A DNA stretch of 64,000 nucleotides from Auanema rhodensis (taxonomy: Eukaryota; Animalia; Nematoda), in assembly GCA_964057225.1 (NCBI GenBank), contig OZ059896.1, positions 19,964,001 to 20,028,000 of the forward strand. Reading direction: 5' to 3'. The translations under genes and the position numbers were made by a program. The notes beneath the pieces are model-generated. The model made no database searches, was not told the DNA's origin, and was given only the letters and a program-made list of their open reading frames with translations. Position 1 is the first letter of the stretch, and every line of letters begins with the position of its first letter. Of this stretch, positions 52,653 to 64,000 are shown piece after piece.

Positions 52653-55460
52653 TCAACGAGCAAATTAATTCTTCAGGGTGAAAATCGAGGATATAAGTGT
52701 GAACTTATATCAGTTGATATCTCGGTGCATTTTTAAGCTAGCGCAAATCTGATAACAAAGATCGACGCAGCTTAAAAATCCGCATCGAATGCACTATACT
52801 ACATTGAGAAACGCTTAATACAAAAATTAGTTATGATCGTTTGAAAAATGATGCATTAGTGTATGTTGAGTTTCCATGTACACTCAACATTGCTTCCAAA
52901 AACATTTTGACAAAAATTTTTTCGAAAAATTTCAAAATAATTTAGCAAAAAGTAGATGTTTTTAGATTCCATTTTTCAAGGCAAAGACGATGGACAGTGT
53001 TATTCAACGAAAAAATTAATTCTTCAGGGTGAAAATCGAGGATATAAGTGTGAACTTATATCAGTTGATATCTCGGTGCATTTTTAAGCTAGCGCAAATC
53101 TGATAACACAGATCGAAGCAGCTTAAAAATCCGCATCGAATGCACTATACTACATTGAGAAACGCTTAATACAAAAATTAGTTATGATCGTTTGAAAAAT
53201 GATGCATTAGTGTATGTTGAGTTTCCATGTACACTCAACATTGCTTCCAAAAACATTTTGACAAAAATTTTTTCGAAAAATTTCAAAATAATTTAGCAAA
53301 AAGTAGATGTTTTTAGATTCCTTTATTCAAGGCAAAGACGATGGACAATGTTATTCAACGAAAAAATTAATTCTTTAGGGTGAAAATCGAGGATATAAGT
53401 GTGAACTTATATCAGTTGATATCTTGGTGCATTTTTAAGCTAGCGCAAATCTGATAACACAGATCGACGCAGCTTAAAAATCCGCATCGAATGCACTATA
53501 CTACATTGAAAAACGCTTAATACAAAAATTAGTTATGATCGTTTGAAAAATGATGCATTAGTGTATGTTGAGTTTCCATGTACACTCAACATTGCTTCCA
53601 AAAACATTTTGACAAAAATTTTTTCGAAAAATTTCAAAATAATTTAGCAAAAAGTAGATGTTTTTAGATTCCATTTTTCAAGGCAAAGACGATGGACAGT
53701 GTTATTCAACGAAAAAATTAATTCTTCAGGGTGAAAATCGAGGATATAAGTGTGAACTTATATCAGTTGATATCTCGGTGCATTTGTAAGCTAGCGCAAA
53801 TCTGATAACACAGATCGAAGCAGCTTAAAAATCCGCATCGAATGCACTATACTACATTGAGAAACGCTTAATACAAAAATTAGTTATGATCGTTTGAAAA
53901 ATGATGCATTAGTGTATGTTGAGTTTCCATGTACACTCAACATTGCTTCCAAAAACATTTTGACAAAAATTTTTTCGAAAAATTTCAAAATAATTTAGCA
54001 AAAAGTAGATGTTTTTAGATTCCATTTTTCAAGGCAAAGACGATGGACAGTGTTATTCAACGAAAAAATTAATTCTTCAGGGTGAAAATCGAGGATATAA
54101 GTGTGAACTTATATCAGTTGATATCTCGGTGCATTTTTAAGCTAGCGCAAATCTGATAACAAAGATCGACGCAGCTTAAAAATCCGCATCGAATGCACTA
54201 TACTACATTGAGAAACGCTTAATACAAAAATTAGTTATGATCGTTTGAAAAATGATGCATTAGTGTATGTTGAGTTTCCATGTACACTCAACATTGCTTC
54301 CAAAAACATTTTGACAAAAATTTTTTCGAAAAATTTCAAAATAATTTAGCAAAAAGTAGATGTTTTTAGATTCCATTTTTCAAGGCAAAGACGATGGACA
54401 GTGTTATTCAACGAAAAAATTAATTCTTCAGGGTGAAAATCGAGGATATAAGTGTGAACTTATATCAGTTGATATCTCGGTGCATTTGTAAGCTAGCGCA
54501 AATCTGATAACACAGATCGAAGCAGCTTAAAAATCCGCATCGAATGCACTATACTACATTGAGAAACGCTTAATACAAAAATTAGTTATGATCGTTTGAA
54601 AAATGATGCATTAGTGTATGTTGAGTTTCCATGTACACTCAACATTGCTTCCAAAAACATTTTGACAAAAATTTTTTCGAAAAATTTCGAAATAATTTAG
54701 CAAAAAGTAGATGTTTTTAGATTCCTTTATTCAAGGCAAAGACGATGGACAATGTTATTCAACGAAAAAATTAATTCTTTAGGGTGAAAATCGAGGATAT
54801 AAGTGTGAACTTATATCAGTTGATATCTTGGTGCATTTTTAAGCTAGCGCAAATCTGATAACACAGATCGACGCAGCTTAAAAATCCGCATCGAATGCAC
54901 TATACTACATTGAAAAACGCTTAATACAAAAATTAGTTATGATCGTTTGAAAAATGATGCATTAGTGTATGTTGAGTTTCCATGTACACTCAACATTGCT
55001 TCCAAAAACATTTTGACAAAAATTTTTTCGAAAAATTTCAAAATAATTTAGCAAAAAGTAGATGTTTTTAGATTCCATTTTTCAAGGCAAAGACGATGGA
55101 CAGTGTTATTCAACGAAAAAATTAATTCTTCAGGGTGAAAATCGAGGATATAAGTGTGAACTTATATCAGTTGATATCTCGGTGCATTTGTAAGCTAGCG
55201 CAAATCTGATAACACAGATCGAAGCAGCTTAAAAATCCGCATCGAATGCACTATACTACATTGAGAAACGCTTAATACAAAAATTAGTTATGATCGTTTG
55301 AAAAATGATGCATTAGTGTATGTTGAGTTTCCATGTACACTCAACATTGCTTCCAAAAACATTTTGACAAAAATTTTTTCGAAAAATTTCAAAATAATTT
55401 AGCAAAAAGTAGATGTTTTTAGATTCCATTTTTCAAGGCAAACACGATGGACAGTGTTAT
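52653..55460 (+). repeat. Imperfect tandem 4-mer duplication (1404 bp x2)
   Basis: The order ACAAAG monomer, CGAAG monomer, TTTAGG/CTTGG/TGAAAA monomer, TTTGTA/CGAAG monomer occurs twice. Confidence 0.7.
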
Positions 55461-56513
55461 TCAACGAAAAAATTAATTCTTCAGGGTGAAAATCGAGGAT
55501 ATAAGTGTGAACTTATATCAGTTGATATCTCGGTGCATTTGTAAGCTAGCGCAAATCTGATAACACAGATCGAAGCAGCTTAAAAATCCGCATCGAATGC
55601 ACTATACTACATTGAGAAACGCTTAATACAAAAATTAGTTATGATCGTTTGAAAAATGATGCATTAGTGTATGTTGAGTTTCCATGTACACTCAACATTG
55701 CTTCCAAAAACATTTTGACAAAAATTTTTTCGAAAAATTTCGAAATAATTTAGCAAAAAGTAGATGTTTTTAAATTCCTTTATTCAAGGCAAAGACGATG
55801 GACAATGTTATTCAACGAAAAAATTAATTGTTCAGGGTGAAAATCGAGGATATAAGTGTGAACTTATATCAGTTGATATCTCGGTGCATTTTTAAGCTAG
55901 CGCAAATCTGATAACACAGATCGACGCAGCTTAAAAATCCGCATCGAATGCACTATACTACATTGAAAAACGCTTAATACAAAAATTAGTTATGATCGTT
56001 TGAAAAATGATGCATTAGTGTATGTTGAGTTTCCATGTACACTCAACATTGCTTCCAAAAACATTTTGACAAAAATTTTTTCGAAAAATTTCAAAATAAT
56101 TTAGCAAAAAGTAGATGTTTTTAGATTCCATTTTTCAAGGCAAAGACGATGGACAGTGTTATTCAACGAAAAAATTAATTCTTCAGGGTGAAAATCGAGG
56201 ATATAAGTGTGAACTTATATCAGTTGATATCTCGGTGCATTTTTAAGCTAGCGCAAATCTGATAACACAGATCGACGCAGCTTAAAAATCCGCATTGAAT
56301 GCACTATACTACATTGAGAAACGCTTGATACAAAAATTAGTTATGATCGTTTGAAAAATGATGCATTAGTGTATGTTGAGTTTCCATGTACACTCAACAT
56401 TGCTTCCAAAAACATTTTGACAAAAATTTTTTCGAAAAATTTCAAAATAATTTAGCAAAAAGTAGATGTTTTTAGATTCCATTTTTCAAGGCAAAGACGA
56501 TGGACAGTGTTAT

Positions 56514-59500
56514 TCAACGAAAAAATTAATTCTTCAGGGTGAAAATCGAGGATATAAGTGTGAACTTATATCAGTTGATATCTCGGTGCATTTTCAAGCT
56601 AGCGCAAATCTGATAACACAGATCGACGCAGCTTAAAAATCCGCATCGAATGCACTATACTACATTGAGAAACGCTTAATACAAAAATTAGTTATGATCG
56701 TTTGAAAAATGATGCATTAGTGTATGTTGAGTTTCCATGTACACTCAACATTGCTTCCAAAAACATTTTGACAAAAATTTTTTCGAAAAATTTCAAAATA
56801 ATTTAGCAAAAAGTAGATGTTTTTAGATTCCTTTTTTTAAGGCAAAAACGATGGACAATGTTATTCAACGAAAAAATTAATTCTTCAGGGTGAAAATCGA
56901 GGATATAAGTGTGAACTTATATCAGTTGATATCTCGGTGCATTTTTAAGCTAGCGCAAATCTGATAACACAGATCGACGCAGCTTAAAAATCCGCATCGA
57001 ATGCACTATACTACATTGAGAAACGCTTGATACAAAAATTAGTTATGATCGTTTGAAAAATGATGCATTAGTGTATGTTGAGTTTCCATGTACACTCAAC
57101 ATTGCTTCCAAAAACATTTTGACAAAAATTTTTTCGAAAAATTTCAAAATAATTTAGCAAAAAGTAGATGTTTTTAGATTCCTTTTTTCAAGGCAAAGAC
57201 GATGGACAATGTTATTCAACGAAAAAATTAATTCTTCAGGGTGAAAATAGAGGATATAAGTGTGAACTTATATCAGTTGATATCTCGGTGCATTTTTAAG
57301 CTAGCGCAAATCTGATAACACAGATCGGCGCAGCTTAAAATCCGCATCGAATGCACTATACTACATTGAGAAACGCTTGATACAAAAATTAGTTATGATC
57401 GTTTGAAAAATGATGCATTAGTGTATGTTGAGTTTCCATGTACACTCAACATTGCTTCCAAAAACATTTTGACAAAAATTTTTTCGAAAAATTTCAAAAT
57501 AATTTAGCAAAAAGTAGATGTTTTTAGATTCCATTTTTCAAGGCAAAGACGATAGACAATGTTATTCAACGAAAAAATTAATTCTTCAGGGTGAAAATCG
57601 AGGATATAAGTGTGAATTTATATCAGTTGATATCTCGGTGCATTTTCAAGCTAGCGCAAATCTGATAACACAGATCGACGCAGCTTAAAAATCCGCATCG
57701 AATGCACTATACTACATTGAGAAACGCTTAATACAAAAATTAGTTATGATCGTTTGAAAAATGATGCATTAGTGTATGTTGAGTTTCCATGTACACTCAA
57801 CATTGCTTCCAAAAACATTTTGACAAAAATTTTTTCGAAAAATTTCAAAATAATTTAGCAAAAAGTAGATGTTTTTAGATTCCATTTTTCAAGGCAAAGA
57901 CGATAGACAGTGTTATTCAACGAAAAAATCAATTCTTCAGGGTGAAAATCGAGGATATAAGTGTGAACTTATATCAGTTGATATCTCGGTGCATTTTCAA
58001 GCTAGCGCAAATCTGATAACACAGATCGACGCAGCTTAAAAATCCGCATCGAATGCACTATACTACATTGAGAAACGCTTAATACAAAAATTAGTTATGA
58101 TCGTTTGAAAAATGATGCATTAGTGTATGTTGAGTTTCCATGTACACTCAACATTGCTTCCAAAAACATTTTGACAAAAATTTTTTCGAAAAATTTCAAA
58201 ATAATTTAGCAAAAAGTAGATGTTTTTAGATTCCTTTTTTTAAGGCAAAAACGATGGACAATGTTATTCAACGAAAAAATTAATTCTTCAGGGTGAAAAT
58301 CGAGGATATAAGTGTGAACTTATATCAGTTGATATCTCGGTGCATTTTCAAGCTAGCGCAAATCTGATAACACAGATCGACGCAGCTTAAAAATCCGCAT
58401 CGAATGCACTATACTACATTGAGAAACGCTTAATACAAAAATTAGTTATGATCGTTTGAAAAATGATGCATTAGTGTATGTTGAGTTTCCATGTACACTC
58501 AACATTGCTTCCAAAAACATTTTGACAAAAATTTTTTCGAAAAATTTCAAAATAATTGAGCAAAAAGTAGATGTTTTTAGATTCCATTTTTCAAGGCAAA
58601 GACGATAGACAGTGTTATTCAACGAAAAAATCAATTCTTCAGGGTGAAAATCGAGGATATAAGTGTGAACTTATATCAGTTGATATCTCGGTGCATTTTC
58701 AAGCTAGCGCAAATCTGATAACACAGATCGACGCAGCTTAAAAATCCGCATCGAATGCACTATACTACATTGAGAAACGCTTAATACAAAAATTTGTTAT
58801 GATCGTTTGAAAAATGATGCATTAGTGTATGTTGAGTTTCCATGTACACTCAACATTGCTTCCAAAAACATTTTGACAAAAATTTTTTCGAAAAATTTCA
58901 AAATAATTTAGCAAAAAGTAGATGTTTTTAGATTCCTTTTTTCAAGGCAAAGACGATGGACAATGTTATTCAACGGAAAAATTAATTCTTCAGGGTGAAA
59001 ATAGAGGATATAAGTGTGAACTTATATCAGTTGATATCTCGGTGCATTTTTAAGCTAGCGCAAATCTGATAACACAGATCGGCGCAGCTTAAAATCCGCA
59101 TCGAATGCACTATACTACATTGAGAAACGCTTGATACAAAAATTAGTTATGATCGTTTGAAAAATGATGCATTAGTGTATGTTGAGTTTCCATGTACACT
59201 CAACATTGCTTCCAAAAACATTTTGACAAAAATTTTTTCGAAAAATTTCAAAATAATTTAGCAAAAAGTAGATGTTTTTAGATTCCATTTTTCAAGGCAA
59301 AGACGATAGACAATGTTATTCAACGAAAAAATTAATTCTTCAGGGTGAAAATCGAGGATATAAGTGTGAATTTATATCAGTTGATATCTCGGTGCATTTT
59401 CAAGCTAGCGCAAATCTGATAACACAGATCGACGCAGCTTAAAAATCCGCATCGAATGCACTATACTACATTGAGAAACGCTTAATACAAAAATTAGTTA

Positions 59501-62500
59501 TGATCGTTTGAAAAATGATGCATTAGTGTATGTTGAGTTTCCATGTACACTCAACATTGCTTCCAAAAACATTTTGACAAAAATTTTTTCGAAAAATTTC
59601 AAAATAATTTAGCAAAAAGTAGATGTTTTTAGATTCCTTTTTTCAAGGCAAAGACGATGGACAATGTTATTCAACGAAAAAATTAATTCTTCAGGGTGAA
59701 AATAGAGGATATAAGTGTGAACTTATATCAGTTGATATCTCGGTGCATTTTTAAGCTAGCGCAAATCTGATAACACAGATCGGCGCAGCTTAAAATCCGC
59801 ATCGAATGCACTATACTACATTGAGAAACGCTTGATACAAAAATTAGTTATGATCGTTTGAAAAATGATGCATTAGTGTATGTTGAGTTTCCATGTACAC
59901 TCAACATTGCTTCCAAAAACATTTTGACAAAAATTTTTTCGAAAAATTTCAAAATAATTTAGCAAAAAGTAGATGTTTTTAGATTCCATTTTTCAAGGCA
60001 AAGACGATAGACAGTGTTATTCAACGAAAAAATCAATTCTTCAGGGTGAAAATCGAGGATATAAGTGTGAACTTATATCAGTTGATATCTCGGTGCATTT
60101 TCAAGCTAGCGCAAATCTGATAACACAGATCGACGCAGCTTAAAAATCCGCATCGAATGCACTATACTACATTGAGAAACGCTTAATACAAAAATTAGTT
60201 ATGATCGTTTGAAAAATGATGCATTAGTGTATGTTGAGTTTCCATGTACACTCAACATTGCTTCCAAAAACATTTTGACAAAAATTTTTTCGAAAAATTT
60301 CAAAATAATTTAGCAAAAAGTAGATGTTTTTAGATTCCTTTTTTCAAGGCAAAGACGATGGACAATGTTATTCAACGAAAAAATTAATTCTTCAGGGTGA
60401 AAATAGAGGATATAAGTGTGAACTTATATCAGTTGATATCTCGGTGCATTTTTAAGCTAGCGCAAATCTGATAACACAGATCGGCGCAGCTTAAAATCCG
60501 CATCGAATGCACTATACTACATTGAGAAACGCTTGATACAAAAATTAGTTATGATCGTTTGAAAAATGATGCATTAGTGTATGTTGAGTTTCCATGTACA
60601 CTCAACATTGCTTCCAAAAACATTTTGACAAAAATTTTTTCGAAAAATTTCAAAATAATTTAGCAAAAAGTAGATGTTTTTAGATTCCATTTTTCAAGGC
60701 AAAGACGATAGACAATGTTATTCAACGAAAAAATTAATTCTTCAGGGTGAAAATCGAGGATATAAGTGTGAATTTATATCAGTTGATATCTCGGTGCATT
60801 TTCAAGCTAGCGCAAATCTGATAACACAGATCGACGCAGCTTAAAAATCCGCATCGAATGCACTATACTACATTGAGAAACGCTTAATACAAAAATTAGT
60901 TATGATCGTTTGAAAAATGATGCATTAGTGTATGTTGAGTTTCCATGTACACTCAACATTGCTTCCAAAAACATTTTGACAAAAATTTTTTCGAAAAATT
61001 TCAAAATAATTTAGCAAAAAGTAGATGTTTTTAGATTCCATTTTTCAAGGCAAAGACGATAGACAGTGTTATTCAACGAAAAAATCAATTCTTCAGGGTG
61101 AAAATCGAGGATATAAGTGTGAACTTATATCAGTTGATATCTCGGTGCATTTTCAAGCTAGCGCAAATCTGATAACACAGATCGACGCAGCTTAAAAATC
61201 CGCATCGAATGCACTATACTACATTGAGAAACGCTTAATACAAAAATTAGTTATGATCGTTTGAAAAATGATGCATTAGTGTATGTTGAGTTTCCATGTA
61301 CACTCAACATTGCTTCCAAAAACATTTTGACAAAAATTTTTTCGAAAAATTTCAAAATAATTTAGCAAAAAGTAGATGTTTTTAGATTCCTTTTTTTAAG
61401 GCAAAAACGATGGACAATGTTATTCAACGAAAAAATTAATTCTTCAGGGTGAAAATCGAGGATATAAGTGTGAACTTATATCAGTTGATATCTCGGTGCA
61501 TTTTTAAGCTAGCGCAAATCTGATAACACAGATCGACGCAGCTTAAAAATCCGCATCGAATGCACTATACTACATTGAGAAACGCTTAATACAAAAATTA
61601 GTTATGATCGTTTGAAAAATGATGCATTAGTGTATGTTGAGTTTCCATGTACACTCAACATTGCTTCCAAAAACATTTTGACAAAAATTTTTTCGAAAAA
61701 TTTCAAAATAATTTAGCAAAAAGTAGATGTTTTTAGATTCCATTTTTCAAGGCAAAGACGATAGACAATGTTATTCAACGAAAAAATTAATTCTTCAGGG
61801 TGAAAATCGAGGATATAAGTGTGAACTTATATCAGTTGATATCTCGGTGCATTTTCAAGCTAGCGCAAATCTGATAACACAGATCGACGCAGCTTAAAAA
61901 TCCGCATCGAATGCACTATACTACATTGAGAAACGCTTAATACAAAAATTAGTTATGATCGTTTGAAAAATGATGCATTAGTGTATGTTGAGTTTCCATG
62001 TACACTCAACATTGCTTCCAAAAACATTTTGACAAAAATTTTTTCGAAAAATTTCAAAATAATTTAGCAAAAAGTAGATGTTTTTAGATTCCTTTTTTTA
62101 AGGCAAAAACGATGGACAATGTTATTCAACGAAAAAATTAATTCTTCAGGGTGAAAATCGAGGATATAAGTGTGAACTTATATCAGTTGATATCTCGGTG
62201 CATTTTTAAGCTAGCGCAAATCTGATAACACAGATCGACGCAGCTTAAAAATCCGCATCGAATGCACTATACTACATTGAGAAACGCTTAATACAAAAAT
62301 TAGTTATGATCGTTTGAAAAATGATGCATTAGTGTATGTTGAGTTTCCATGTACACTCAACATTGCTTCCAAAAACATTTTGACAAAAATTTTTTCGAAA
62401 AATTTCAAAATAATTTAGCAAAAAGTAGATGTTTTTAGATTCCATTTTTCAAGGCAAAGACGATAGACAATGTTATTCAACGAAAAAATTAATTCTTCAG

Positions 62501-64000
62501 GGTGAAAATCGAGGATATAAGTGTGAACTTATATCAGTTGATATCTCGGTGCATTTTCAAGCTAGCGCAAATCTGATAACACAGATCGACGCAGCTTAAA
62601 AATCCGCATCGAATGCACTATACTACATTGAGAAACGCTTAATACAAAAATTAGTTATGATCGTTTGAAAAATGATGCATTAGTGTATGTTGAGTTTCCA
62701 TGTACACTCAACATTGCTTCCAAAAACATTTTGACAAAACTTTTTCGAAAAATTTCAAAATAATTTAGCAAAAAGTAGATGTTTTTAGATTTCTTTTTTT
62801 AAGGCAAAAACGATGGACAATGTTATTCAACGAAAAAATTAGTTCTTCAGGGTGAAAATCGAGGATGTAAGTGTGAACTTATATCAGTTGATATCTCGGT
62901 GCATTTTTAAGCTAGCGCAAATCTGATAACACAGATCGACGCAGCTTAAAAATCTGCATCGAATGCACTATACTACATCAAGAAACGCTTAATACAAAAA
63001 TTAGTTATGATCGTTTGAAAAATGATGCATTAGTGTATGTTGAGTTTCCATGTACACTCAACATTGCTTCCAAAAACATTTTGACAAAAATTTTTTCGAA
63101 AAATTTCAAAATAATTTAGCAAAAAGTAGATGTTTTTAGATTCCATTTTTCAAGGCAAAGACGATAGACAATGTTATTCAACGAAAAAATTAATTCTTCA
63201 GGGTGAAAATCGAGGATATAAGTGTGAACTTATATCAGTTGATATCTCGGTGCATTTTCAAGCTAGCGCAAATCTGATAACACAGATCGACGCAGCTTAA
63301 AAATCCGCATCGAATGCACTATACTACATTGAGAAACGCTTAATACAAAAATTAGTTATGATCGTTTGAAAAATGATGCATTAGTGTATGTTGAGTTTCC
63401 ATGTATACTCAACATTGCTTCCAAAAACATTTTGACAAAAATTTTTTCGAAAAATTTCAAAATAATTTAGCAAAAAGTAGATGTTTTTAGATTCCATTTT
63501 TCAAGGCAAAGACGATAGACAATGTTATTCAACGAAAAAATTAATTCTTCAGGGTGAAAATCGAGGATATAAGTGTGAACTTATATCAGTTGATATCTCG
63601 GTGCATTTTCAAGCTAGCGCAAATCTGATAACACAGATCGACGCAGCTTAAAAATCCGCATCGAATGCACTATACTACATTGAGAAACGCTTAATACAAA
63701 AATTAGTTATGATCGTTTGAAAAATGATGCATTAGTGTATGTTGAGTTTCCATGTACACTCAACATTGCTTCCAAAAACATTTTGACAAAACTTTTTTCG
63801 AAAAATTTCAAAATAATTTAGCAAAAAGTAGATGTTTTTAGATTTCTTTTTTTAAGGCAAAAACGATGGACAATGTTATTCAACGAAAAAATTAGTTCTT
63901 CAGGGTGAAAATCGAGGATATAAGTGTGAACTTATATCAGTTGATATCTCGGTGCATTTTTAAGCTAGCGCAAATCTGATAACACAGATCGACGCAGCTT
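56514..64000 (+). repeat. Distinct monomer sub-family domain
   Basis: TTTTCAAGC becomes common and new variants appear: GATAGAC, CCTTTTTTTAAGGCAAAAACG, AATAGAGG, GATCGGCG with a 1-bp deletion, GAATTTA, AATCAATT. Upstream markers CCTTTATT, TTTGTA and CGAAG are absent. Confidence 0.88.

Larger units (their letters stand above)
1..64000. repeat. Satellite DNA array, 351-bp monomer, ~182.3 head-to-tail copies
   Basis: TCAACG(A/G)AAAA recurs at 1, 352, 703 ... 7021 (=1+20x351). The last monomer starts at 63880 (=1+182x351-3), matching two 1-bp insertions (24308, 25362) and five 1-bp deletions (~57340, ~59094, ~59795, ~60496, ~62741). No non-repeat sequence or inversion seen. The array runs off both window ends. 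Confidence 0.99.

Noticed and set aside
58446-58634. 62-aa ORF on - strand
   Set aside because: It depends on a private T>G at 58558 removing a TAA and on a variant-created TTG start. A chance ORF in satellite DNA.
1-64000. CRISPR array
   Set aside because: No unique spacers; the whole 351-bp unit repeats and there are no cas genes.
1-64000. Rolling-circle or concatemer artefact, or viroid-like multimer
   Set aside because: Variants are inherited in ordered multi-kb blocks and regional domains, as expected of genomic evolution rather than random errors on one template. No ribozyme was found.

Overview
The whole 64,000-bp window is one uninterrupted head-to-tail tandem array of a 351-bp AT-rich monomer (about 31% GC by hand count). 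It holds 182 complete copies plus 121 bp, all in the same orientation, each differing from consensus at only a few sites. I found no gene, RNA gene, transposon insertion, CRISPR spacer or unique sequence. Both supplied ORFs arise because a single private SNP removes a stop codon in one copy. The best reading is eukaryotic satellite DNA, possibly (peri)centromeric; I do not recognise the family or organism. Two layers of structure are visible. (1) The monomer is densely packed with nested inverted repeats: a 9-bp stem closed by a GNRA-type loop in both alleles, a 67-nt hairpin, a 9-bp stem whose variants fall only in its loop, and a long-range pairing that closes a multi-branch domain. (2) Diagnostic SNPs and 1-bp indels reveal local higher-order repeats (2-, 3-, 4-, 6-, 7- and 16/17-mers), gradual variant turnover and a sharp sub-family boundary near 56.5 kb. 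A function for the fold-back structure is a hypothesis, not a demonstration. Notation: 'pos N' is a position in the monomer frame starting at window base 1, and Mn is monomer number n. All counts were made by eye.
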